Source: Anthoceros angustus (Eukaryota; Plantae; Anthocerotophyta). From it: DNA of 64,000 nt. The position numbers were made by a program, and so were the translations under genes. The notes beneath the pieces are model-generated. The model did no database searches. It was not told where the DNA came from and saw only the letters and a program-made list of their open reading frames with translations. Where the stretch lies: the NCBI GenBank assembly GCA_010909165.1, contig MU008168.1, positions 868,001 to 932,000 of the forward strand, given 5' to 3'. Numbering within the stretch: the stretch's first letter is position 1; each line of letters begins with the position of its first letter. Positions 39,056 to 49,800 of this stretch are shown here, piece by piece.

Positions 39056-39641
39056 CCGGAGCACGGACCCAGAGGTCCGGCCTCCGGAGTGGAGGACGGA
39101 CCCAGAGGCCCGGCCTCCGGAGTGGAGGACGGACCCAGAGGCCCGGCCTCCGGAGTGGAGGACGGACCCAGAGGCCCGGCCTCCGGAGTGGAGGACGGAC
39201 CCAGAGGCCCGGCCTCCGGAGTGGAGGACGGACCCGAGGCCCGGCCCGAGTGGAGGACGGACCCGAGGTCCGGCCCGAGTGGAGGACGACCGAGGCCCGG
39301 CCCGAGTCGAGGACGGACCCGAGGCCCGGCCGAGTCGAGGACGGACCCGAGGCCCGGCCTCGAGTCGAGGACGGACCCGAGGCCCGGCCCGAGTCGAGGA
39401 CGGACCGAGGCCCGGCCTCGAGTCGAGGACGGACCCGAGGCCCGGCCTCGAGTCGAGGACGGACCCGAGGCCCGGCCTCGAGTCGAGGACGGACCCGAGG
39501 CCCGGCCGGACGGACCTCCGAGGCCCGAGTCGAGGACGGACCCGAGGCCCGGCCTCCGGAGTCGAGGACGGACCCCGAGGCCCGGCCTCCGGAGTCGAGG
39601 ACGGACCCAGAGGTCCGGCCTTCGGAGCTGAGGACGGACCC
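39056..39641. repeat. GC-rich minisatellite, about 30-33-bp unit, array 2
   Basis: Same unit (cleanest form GGACCCAGAGGCCCGGCCTCCGGAGTGGAGGAC) and the same flanks as array 1; part of a tandem duplication of about 1.2 kb. Confidence 0.95.
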
Positions 39642-42600
39642 ATTGGCGCACAAAGAAAAGGCCCAGCGGCCTCGGGGCGAACGGACTCCAGTCCCTTCCC
39701 CGGACGAACAAGTGGATGGGGGGCCCACCAGGGCGGAGGGAGGCAATGCTGAAACTCTGGTGCAATTGTCAACAGAGCCAAAGGAGGACCTGGTGGTGAC
39801 AGCAGTTGTCAGCGCACCTCCGGGCGTGAGGCCCAACTAAGGTCGAGGGGGAACTTGGGCCCCTACCAGGCTGGGCGCACCTCAAGCGCCAGGGTTGGGA
39901 ATTGGGCTGTCATGTGCGGGAGTCAGCCGGAGTCAACAGCAGCCCCACCGCCGTAGACGTAGGTAGCCACGCGTAAGGATCCGGTGTTCCTCACGCGTGT
40001 ATAGGTAGCTGGTAGTAGGGCCAGTCTTTGGGTTATAATAAAGGCACTGCCTTAGAGGCAGTGTAAGAGGGGGGTTGCCGCCCCCATAATGTGATTTTCC
40101 TTTTGGGGTTGATACCGTATTGTGCATACTAACTCTTGTGAGCCAAGTGCTAATGCAAGGCCCGAGTCACCGAGCGGGCGAACTACTCCAGAGAGGTCTA
40201 TCCAGGTTCTGGCAACGAATCCCCTAACGTGTGGAGGTGATTGCAGGTGTTGAGGAACTCCGACCCTTGCTCCTCAAGGGCGGGGCGTTGGTGACAAGCG
40301 GACCTGAGCGAACAAGAGAAGCCGGACGGCTAACGAGGGTGTGTAGAGCCCGAAGCAGGTTGGACGCAGCGGACGTGGAGTGCGGCCGGCATTCTTGGGC
40401 GCACGACCACAACACGACAGATGCGAGTGGGCGGCGAGAGGAGTGGAAGGGAAGAGCTCCGAACGGGGGTGAATACGAGGACATGTACGAGTCCTTAAAC
40501 GTTCGGTCATACCGGGCCTGTACGGTAGTGTTGGTTATGGAACATGAAGGAAAGTGAGCAAAGGGTACAAAGTAGAAGGTTCGGGCGGTGGTACGGTTAG
40601 GCCCGAGGCTGTAACCTCCGATCATTGACGTTACACAGGGTGGTTCGCACCCCGTTTCGATTCGTCAGAAGGGTTGATGGTACCTTGAGCATCGTTATGG
40701 CACCACGCCCGCGTCGCTAGGCGATCGCCGTAGTAGAGCTCGACTGGGGGTCACGTTGCGTCCGTGGTTCGCTTCCCACTCCTGCAAGTGGAGGTCCGGC
40801 GGTGGCATTGAGCAACGATAGCAGTCGGACTAGTGGGATTGCAAGAAGGGTGAGGTCCACCACCCACCCTCGCAACCAAGCAAGTCCGGCGGTACGGATT
40901 GGGTAACAATAGCAGCCTAGATTAATTAGGGGCATGGAGTAGGTAAACAGTAAGCAAACAGAATGGACCATTCCCTTGGGATCGAACCCCATATTACACG
41001 ATACGGGATTAGTGTGCCTCCGGCTGGTGCGCCAGTGAAAGTCTGTCCACACATCCATCGATTATTTGGTGTACTTGCTTGAAGGTGTGGACTCTGGTGA
41101 GGAGCCAGATCGTAACCCACCCAAGATTCTAAATTTGGAGGTTAGCTGCGATAGAGTCATGAGGTTAAACCCCAAACCGAAGCAGGGTTCTTTCCCCTTA
41201 CTCTCTTCTTACTCTCCAATTACTTCCCATTTCCCTTCCCCCCTTACGGCCGGTTTCCGCTTGCAAGTGTAGTTTGTGTTTGCCTCCTTGTGCGCGTTTC
41301 TGTTGGCGGGGAGGCGGTTGCAGGCTATCAATTCCAGGAAGGGACTTGTTGTTGGGCAAGCGGTGGCGTTGCGCAAGCGGCTAAATTGGATGACCGGTGG
41401 TCCAAGGCACACTCAATTTGGCTGCAATTGAGGTGAGTGCATGGGGAGGTGCACACATGCCTGTTGGAATTGCCTCCTCCTAGCCTCACCTACCTGTGTT
41501 CTCGGCAGCTTTGCTTTTGACTGCCCTCCTTGTTGCCACTGTTTAGCTCGCATTGATGCTGGCAGTCCATGGCGGTGGTCTTCTTGAACTCAAGTTCCGC
41601 CCATCAGGAATGTGCCTCATGGATTCATCTTTGTTGGTAACACGATAATTTTTGAAGGGGGTGAATAATCTCGAAGGGGGTTTTCCGCAAATAATCTCTG
41701 AAGGGGGTTTTTGATGGGCGCTAAAAAGCGTTTTGAAGGCATTGGAAAACACTCGAAAAAAGGTGTCACCGGTAAAGTTACTACTTTCCATCCGGCAATG
41801 TTTGTGTCGAATGGTGGTGAAACTCGAACCTAGGGAATGATGCAAAGTAGGAGCGGTGAGGAAGGCCGTTCCTGCCGGGCAGGGACGACTGTAAACTCAA
41901 TTTTGGGATGGAAATGTGGTTTTGTTATGACACCACAAAAGCCACGGACAGGGTATTTCCCTAACACGAAACATCGACAACGGACTTACAACATTAACTC
42001 GGGACCCGGGAAAAAGCGAGATTTCGGTTCACTCATCCCGAGTTCAATCCATCGTCATCACTTGGTCCGACTTCTCCTCCATTGTCATCACTATCTTGAC
42101 ACTTTGACTCGCAGTTGTATGAAGCCACGCAACTCATGAGCTTATCCCTTATCGCTTTTTGTCCACCGCATACGGATGTTTCCGTCGTTCAACACAAACC
42201 CATGTCTGAGGATGGTTTCATTCACAAATACCTCTGTATGTTTTTAGGTAATGGATCTTATTCCCTTTTTCCTCGGCATTGGACCAGATGGGTTACCACT
42301 CTGGCGGACTATGTATTCCTGCACATATCTCCCTTCATACGCATCTGTGTGCTCGGTCCGATAGTGGATAAGAAAGTGAGGTCGTGGTGCGTTTAGCTTC
42401 ACGTCAATGACCTCCCAATCCGAATGGCCTGTATGCGTGTCCGTATTGCAGCAGCGCGAAACATCCCTCTCGGTTCCGTTATGTCCCCATTCATCGTGCC
42501 ATTTCCAGTTGCCTTCCGCATTTTGATATGCCCCCAAGTACATATCACGTGGAGGTCCTCAATAATGCCTCATCTAGCAAAGCTTCATCCGCACTTGAAG

Positions 42601-42856
42601 TGGTCATGTATGATCCACTTGCGTGAAAACCACTTCCAAGGAATAGTAGCACTAGCCCAATGTTATTCTCCACAATGATAGCAATCTCCTTCCGGTCCAC
42701 CCAAAAGGCTTCCCACCACTTGTACTCTTCAACAATCACCTATGGATGCAAATCTTTTAACCCTTCCTGCAAATGGGCCACACCTTCCATCGGTGATAGG
42801 ATACCGTTCCTTCTTGTCCCCCTAGCTTCACCCGCATGCACCGTAGGATGGTGCTA

Positions 42857-43180
42857 AGGGAGGCGCCGACCGGCGCCTCCCCATGCCACTCATGGGCGCG
42901 GCCGGCGCCTCCCTGCCCATGGGCGCGGCCGGCGCCTCCCCTAACACACCACCCATGGCGCCGGCCGGCCCCCCTGCCACCCCATGGCGCCGGCGGCCGC
43001 CTCCCTAGCACACCGCCCATGGCGCCGGCCGGCGCACCACGCCCATGGGCGCCGGCGGCCGCCTCCCTAGCACCCTTGGGCGCCGGCCGGCGCGCCTCCC
43101 CACCCTGCCCCTTGGGCGCCGGCCGGCGCCTCCCCTAACACACCGCCCTACCCATGGGCGCCGGCCGGCGCCCATGGGCT
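42857..43180. repeat. GC-rich palindromic tandem repeat
   Basis: Variants of CCCATGG(G)CGCCGGCCGGCGCCTCCC repeated about 9 times, with a perfect 28-bp palindrome at 43151-43178. Confidence 0.85.
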
Positions 43181-46130
43181 CCTCATAGGCTGTCTTCAAG
43201 AAAATATATATTTAGCGGCTCAAAGGTCTTGCAACTTGGAACCGCTGGTCAAGTGTTTGGGAAATAAGTGTAGTAATGAATAGATTGTGTTCAAAACCCG
43301 TATCTCCTTAACAACTCAATTTTGTTGATTTTAAGGATGCTTGCATGGGCGCATGGGCAACTAACTTTGTTCATTTTAAGGACGGTGGCATTGCCTTAAA
43401 GCCCAAGTGGTTGCATTGAGTGCGGAAGGTTGAAGACCACACGGCGACCTTTTGGATGAGGTCGTGACCTAGATCTTTGTGTGGCGATCGACTCGGGCCC
43501 AGGCCCAAGAATGATACTATTGAAGGCGAGCAAGCAATGGAGGAGCGACAACGAGGCGGAGGATATGGACCGCCTCCGAATATGGCGGTGGTACTTGACT
43601 CGGTTTGCGCAAGGCATGGATGAGTCGCCAGCCGCACTCTTGAATGACTATTGTCGATCTTGATGACCACTTCTTCCTTTAGCGATTGTTTGTTGCAATG
43701 TTCTCACGACCATTGAAATAAGACTCCGCTAGTACAAGATTGTTTTCATTGTGTTCCACCACTTGAAAGTAAAAGTTTTCGGTTGTAATAAACATATGAA
43801 AATGGCAGCCCTCTATGCATTCTACAGCAGCCCACACTCATGCTCCAGTTCTCGGGTGTAGACTTGAAAGTGCGTCTTTTATCACATGTATGACCTCAGA
43901 AAGGGTGTGTGCATTATCAAAGTAGGGCACATATGCTGTTTTAGGAAAGGTGTTCTTCGTGACAAGGGGGTGCTGTCTCGACCGAAGGGGGTTACTATAT
44001 TCCCCCCCTTCAAAAATTATCGTGTTTGGTGTTGATGCTTGCAGACCCCAAACGTTGGACAATGAGGACAAGGAGTGGTTCAGGATACCAGTCCCCCCCG
44101 CGGTGACTGAAGTTGACATACAAGCAAAGAGGGCCAGGAGGAGGTCCTCGGCGTAGGTGTGCTGGGTGTTGGCAAGCGAGGAGGAATCCTCACGTTCTGG
44201 AGGAAACCCTGCTTTCAAGTGGCACCTGTTTTCATCCCCGAATGCCAGTGCTTGTTTTCCAAGGATGAGGTGGGAATACGAGTTGTAGTGCACGAGCCTG
44301 GGGGGGGACTGGACCCCTTCCCCGAGGAGGGTGCATATGGGGAACCGTGGGATATCTCGCATGACCTACAAATGGCTAGGTAGGAGCTCACAGCAGCGAA
44401 GAAGAACCTTCGCAAGTTCAGGCCCTACATGGTAGTGAAGGCTGAAAATCAGGAGCTTTCCCAGGAGGAGAAGGATGCGGAAGATGCAGTGTGGTCTGCG
44501 AGAAGGCGATGGAGGGAGCTGGCCCTTGTGATGGCCGCAACTGTGGAGGGTGCTTCCGTGAAGACTGAGCCACAGTGAACATGACACACAAGCATGCTAC
44601 TTTTGTATGCTCCTCTTGATGCCTTTGTATGCTTCAGCCCTTGCTCTTGTGTATGCTATGCTGACAATGTATGCTGTTCTATGTAGATCTCGCTGTTCAG
44701 CAAGGGGAGGGGTACAGTGTAGATTAGGATAGTCAGACAAATTTTGAGTAGGCACATATGAGATAGACATTCTGGTCTTTTGTTCACATATATACTTTCT
44801 AAGTTATGTGGGACTAAGTTGAGGGTGAGCTCAAGGACCTCCATCCATGGTTATTTTCACGTTTGTGGGTTTAAGTTGAGGATGTGATCGGGAAGTTTAG
44901 TTCACCAGGTTTTGGATACTTGTATGTCATGGGAAATGGCACCGATTGTTTTACAAACAACTGGGTAGACAGTGTGAAGGACAGCGTTCCGTAAATGGCT
45001 TATGAAGCCTTTCAGAAATGAAAGAGAAGGGTCGCGGCACCGGACATCCGGTGCCACGGCAGTTACCGGGAATGGTTATTACTTCCCATGCTCTTTGCGT
45101 TTTCCTTGACATAAGATTCCGAGTGTGTACATGATGATATGTACTTTTGAAATTACGGTGATATTTATACTCATATCTGATCCGTTTCCTTGGAAAACGA
45201 CTTTTTATATATAGCATCGGCAGCGTATACGACTTGCCTCAACTAATTTATAAAATAGCCTTGTGTCATTAATGTTGTTGGAGTGCGGGGTTTGCAATGA
45301 GGCATATATTCAGTATTAACGCTACAAATATGCCGATTAAAAACATTTGTCTGCTGTGGTTGGAATCTGCTCAAAAAACGTGAAAAAGCCATTTTTTTTT
45401 CAAACAAGGTTCAATCCTGGATCATTTTGAGCAGGGTCCGTTGGCATGAGGAACCTGGAAAAGGTGCTTTTCACAACGCTGGGTCCTCCGAAAAGTGTGT
45501 TTTTGGGCCTTGTTTGGGGGGAAAACCCTCAAAACAGGGTTTCATTTTCATCTTAGGAGACCTTGTTCCAGGACATCCGCTAGCTTGGTGTACTTGGAAC
45601 ACTCTTGCAGGTTGTTTTGCTGATACTGATTTCTTGTTTCATATCAAACATATGTGACATGTAATTGGATCTGTGGGACATGCCGTGTGTTGTCGGTTTC
45701 TTAAGAGTGGTTGTGTACACTTCAAACTAGTTTTTCAAGATATCTTTGGATGTGAATGACTACGCTATGCAAAGAGTGTCATGGCATTGAACCTATGCAT
45801 TTTCAGGTAGAGTGCCATGTTTTCCAAGGTTTTTTGGGGCATTTCTCAAAATGTGTGACGGGTGTGATGTAGCAGCATCTTTGAGTGCATGATGCTTTCT
45901 ACTGGAAATTTGATGCTGTGACATGATGCTTTTGGGTAGAAATTCAATGCTGTGACATGATTCTTTATGCTGGAAATTTTGATGGTATGACATGATGTTT
46001 GAGATAAATATGCAACATGAATCTCTGCTAAAAATTTGTGGCCCGATGCTTGACTTGGGAACTTTGCTATGGGAAATTAATGGCAACTGCCACCTCCAAT
46101 GGATTTTTGGTCATGTTATAGACTCTATCA

Positions 46131-46306
46131 TGACTTGTGTTTTCTGTTTTATAGCAGCATATTGATGTAACTACAATTGTCTTGTGTGTAATTACACTTG
46201 CCTATTACTTGATGACTTGTGTTTTCTGTTTTATAGCTGCACGTTGATGTAGCCTACAACTGTCTTGTGTGTAATTGTATGTGCATATTACTTGATGACT
46301 TGTGTT
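46131..46306. repeat. tandem duplication of about 81 bp
   Basis: TGACTTGTGTTTTCTGTTTTATAGC...TATTACTTGA occurs twice, with divergence. Confidence 0.85.
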
Positions 46307-46884
46307 GAAATACTTTGAAACGCTTTGGTGAAACAGGCCCTGGGTGCAACACCTGCATGCGGCCTTACCTGCATTCAGGGTACTTACGGTGTCCAGTTCT
46401 CACCATACCCGGCAATCTCCTCGTAGATCTGCCATGTTCAAAGGGGCTTCAAGTGATGGGCTTGGGTTGGTTTGCTTGAAACAGAAGAACTTGCTTAAGT
46501 CTACCACCCGCCTCTTTACTTGAATTTCATGTGCCCACTGCCAAGCTCGGGTTGCAATTGCTGCCTATGGCACATACCGCACCTATGCGGTCAGCGGCCT
46601 GTGATTTCATGATGGGTGCGCGCCTGTGGCCACTCTGATCCCGTGCTTGGAGTTGATAACCTCACTCCGTACCCAAGATCTACCGACATGCACATCTGCC
46701 GTGAGATGGAATGCTTCCCTGTCACAGCGAAAGTGAAACCTGATCTGATGAGGGTGTGGGTCCTCCACAGAGGCAATTGGCAAGCCATTATGGCTTGTAT
46801 ATATGCACATACATACTTCCGTGGTCATCCTGCCAGTATGTATTGTTACACACATCTTCCCTGAACGACACGGCTCCCTGAACG

Positions 46885-49800
46885 ATGGCCACAGTGTGGC
46901 AACCGGACCCTTTGCGGACCCAACGAAATGCAATTGGTGTGTGTACATACATAGGGAATCTGCATGGGGCTCCCGCTTACACCACCTCAGGGAATCAACC
47001 CCTGGCAAACAACAAAGCCTCCAGGTTCAGCAGTGTAAGGAGCCAAGCACTGCCACTTCCGAGAAAATGTATAGGTGGAGACGGGGTTTCCAGCGACGCT
47101 CGTCTTCAGGAGCAGGAGCAGGAGTACTTGTGGCAACAATTCTTTCTGGACCCTACCATTTGGTGGGACAACAGACGAGATCAGAAGAGCTCCCGTTCGC
47201 CTGACTTCCGGCGCAAGGGGTCCGGCGGGGTCCTGTGGTTAACCAGCATGTTTAAGCCAGCTTGGGTTGATGATCAGCTAGTTTCCTTGGATATGCAGCT
47301 GGGTCACGGTGCCTCTACTTCCAAGTCGAGCTCTCCTGAATATGGGATGCGTGCAGAATCGGAAATGGGCTCCAGGTGCAGCTGCAGAGTAAGGAGCCCA
47401 GCACTTCCGCATCTGAAAAATTGTGTGGGTGGGGACGGGATTTCCAACGATGGTCGTCGCCAGGAGCAGGAGCAATTGTGGCAACAATTGTTTCACGAGC
47501 CTACCATGTGGTGGGATAACAGACGAGATAAGAAGAGTTCCCGTTCGCCTGACTTCCGGCGTAAAGGGTCCGGCGAGGTCCTGTGGTTAAACAACATGTT
47601 GAAGCCAGCTTGGGTCGACGACCATCTCGTTTCCTTGGATATGCAGATGGATCATGGTGCCTCTCTTTCCAAGTCCAGCTCTACAGATAAGCCTGAACCT
47701 AGGAGGGGTGCATCGGAAGTGGGCGTCGTAACGCCTGGAACCGTGAGCATGCTATGTCAGCAGGGGAAGCTGTCTGAGGCCGTTGATGCCCTGGAGTTTC
47801 TGGCGCACACAAATTCTGCTATCTCTCAGTCTCTGTTTTACACTGTGCTAAAACTGTGTGCAGCTAAGAAGGATCTGGTTGTAGGGCGACGAGTTCATGA
47901 CCTCGCCGTCAACCTTGGATACGAGTCCAACGCATACTTGGGTAACCATATCTTGCGCATGTACGCATGTGGGGGTAGGCTGCAGGAGGCCATGGACGTG
48001 TTTACCAGGGTGGGCAAACCAAATGTCTTCATGTGGTTTTCCATAATCTCCGCATACGCTAAGCATGGAAAACCTAATGTGGCCATACAACTGTACCATG
48101 AGATGTGTAGGTACGAGTCGAATGCATACTTGGGGAACCATATCTTGCGCATGTACGCATGTGGAGGTAGGCTAGAGGAGGCCATGGATGTGTTCACCAG
48201 GGTGGGCAAACCAGATGCCTTCATGTGGTTTTCCATAATCTCCGCATACGCTAAGCATGGAAACCTAATGAGGCCATACAACTGTACCATGAGATGCGTA
48301 GGTCAGGAGTGAAGGCAGATGCTCACGTCTTTGTAGCTGTCCTTCAGGCTTGTGCACTTGCAGCCGACCTGGAATCTCTGGCGCAGACAGACTCTGCTAT
48401 TTCTCAGTCTCTGTTTTACACTGTGCTAAAACTGTGTGCAGCTAAGAAGGATCTGGTTGTGGGGCGACGAGTTCATGACCTCGCCGTCAACCTTGGATAC
48501 GAGTCCAACGCATACTTGGGTACGAGTCGAATGCATACTTGGGAACCATATCTTGCGCATGTACGCATGTGGGGTAGGCTGCAGGAGGCCATGGACGTGT
48601 TTACCAGGGTGGGCAAACCAAATGTCTTCATGTGGTTTTCCATAATCTCCGCATACGCTAAGCATGGAAACCTAATGTGGCCATACAACTGTACCATGAG
48701 ATGTGTAGGTACGAGTCGAATGCATACTTGGGGAACCATATCTTGCGCATGTACGCATGTGGAGGTAGGCTAGAGGAGGCCATGGATGTGTTCACCAGGG
48801 TGGGCAAACCAGATGCCTTCATGTGGTTTTCCATAATCTCCGCATACGCTAAGCATGGAAACCTAATGAGGCCATACAACTGTACCATGAGATGCGTAGG
48901 TCAGGAGTGAAGGCAGATGCTCACGTCTTTGTAGCTGTCCTTCAGGCTTGTGCACTTGCAGCCGACCTGGAATCTCTGGCGCAGACAGACTCTGCTATTT
49001 CTCAGTCTCTGTTTTACACTGTGCTAAAACTGTGCAGCTAAGAAGGATCTGGTTGTGGGGCGACGAGTTCATGACCTCTGTCAAACTTGGGTACGAGTCG
49101 CGCATACTTGGGGAACCATATCTTGCGCATGTATGCATGTGGAGGTAGGCTGCAGGAGGCCATGGATGTGTTTACCAGGGTGGGCAAACCAAATGTCTTC
49201 ATGTGGTTTTCCATAATCTCCGCATACGCTAAGCATGGAAAACCTAATGTGGCCATACAACTGTACCATGAGATGTGTAGGTTACGAGTGAAGGCAGATG
49301 CTCACGTCTTTGTAGCTGTCCTTCAGGCTTGTGCACTTGCAGCCGACCTGGAATCTGGCAGAAAAGTGCACTGTGATGTCTTGCACAGTGGCATTTCTAC
49401 TAACTTGTTTGTTGGCAACTGCCTAGTGGACATGTATGCAAAATGTGGCCAACTGAAAGATGCCCGCCAGGTTTTCGAGAGCATGGCCACAAAGGATGTG
49501 GTGACATGGACGGTGCTGATGGCTGGGTATTCTCAACAAGGGCTTGGACATGAGGCGCTTGTTGTGTATGGACAAATGGAGGAGGCTGGCCTCGTTTTGG
49601 CTGACCGTGTTACTTTTGCTTGCCTTCTGAAGGCGTGTGCAAGCACCGGTGCCTTACAGAAGGGCAGGCAGCTGCACTCGCAGATTGTCAAAAGAGGACT
49701 GCTGGATGACGTGATGGTGGGCAACTGCCTGGTGGATATGTATTCAAAATGTGGTGAACTGGAAGATGCACGCCAGCTTTTTGACAGCTTAGCCACAAAG

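Noticed and set aside
37828-39641. CRISPR-like 30-33-bp repeats
   Set aside because: Units are head to tail with no unique spacers, there are no cas genes, and the context is plant nuclear DNA: this is a minisatellite.
42050-42850. Possible hAT transposase remnant on the minus strand
   Set aside because: Only faint motif hints; too degraded to support without a profile search.
43371-45700. Short ORFs that look partly coding
   Set aside because: No recognisable domain and no consistent strand or frame.
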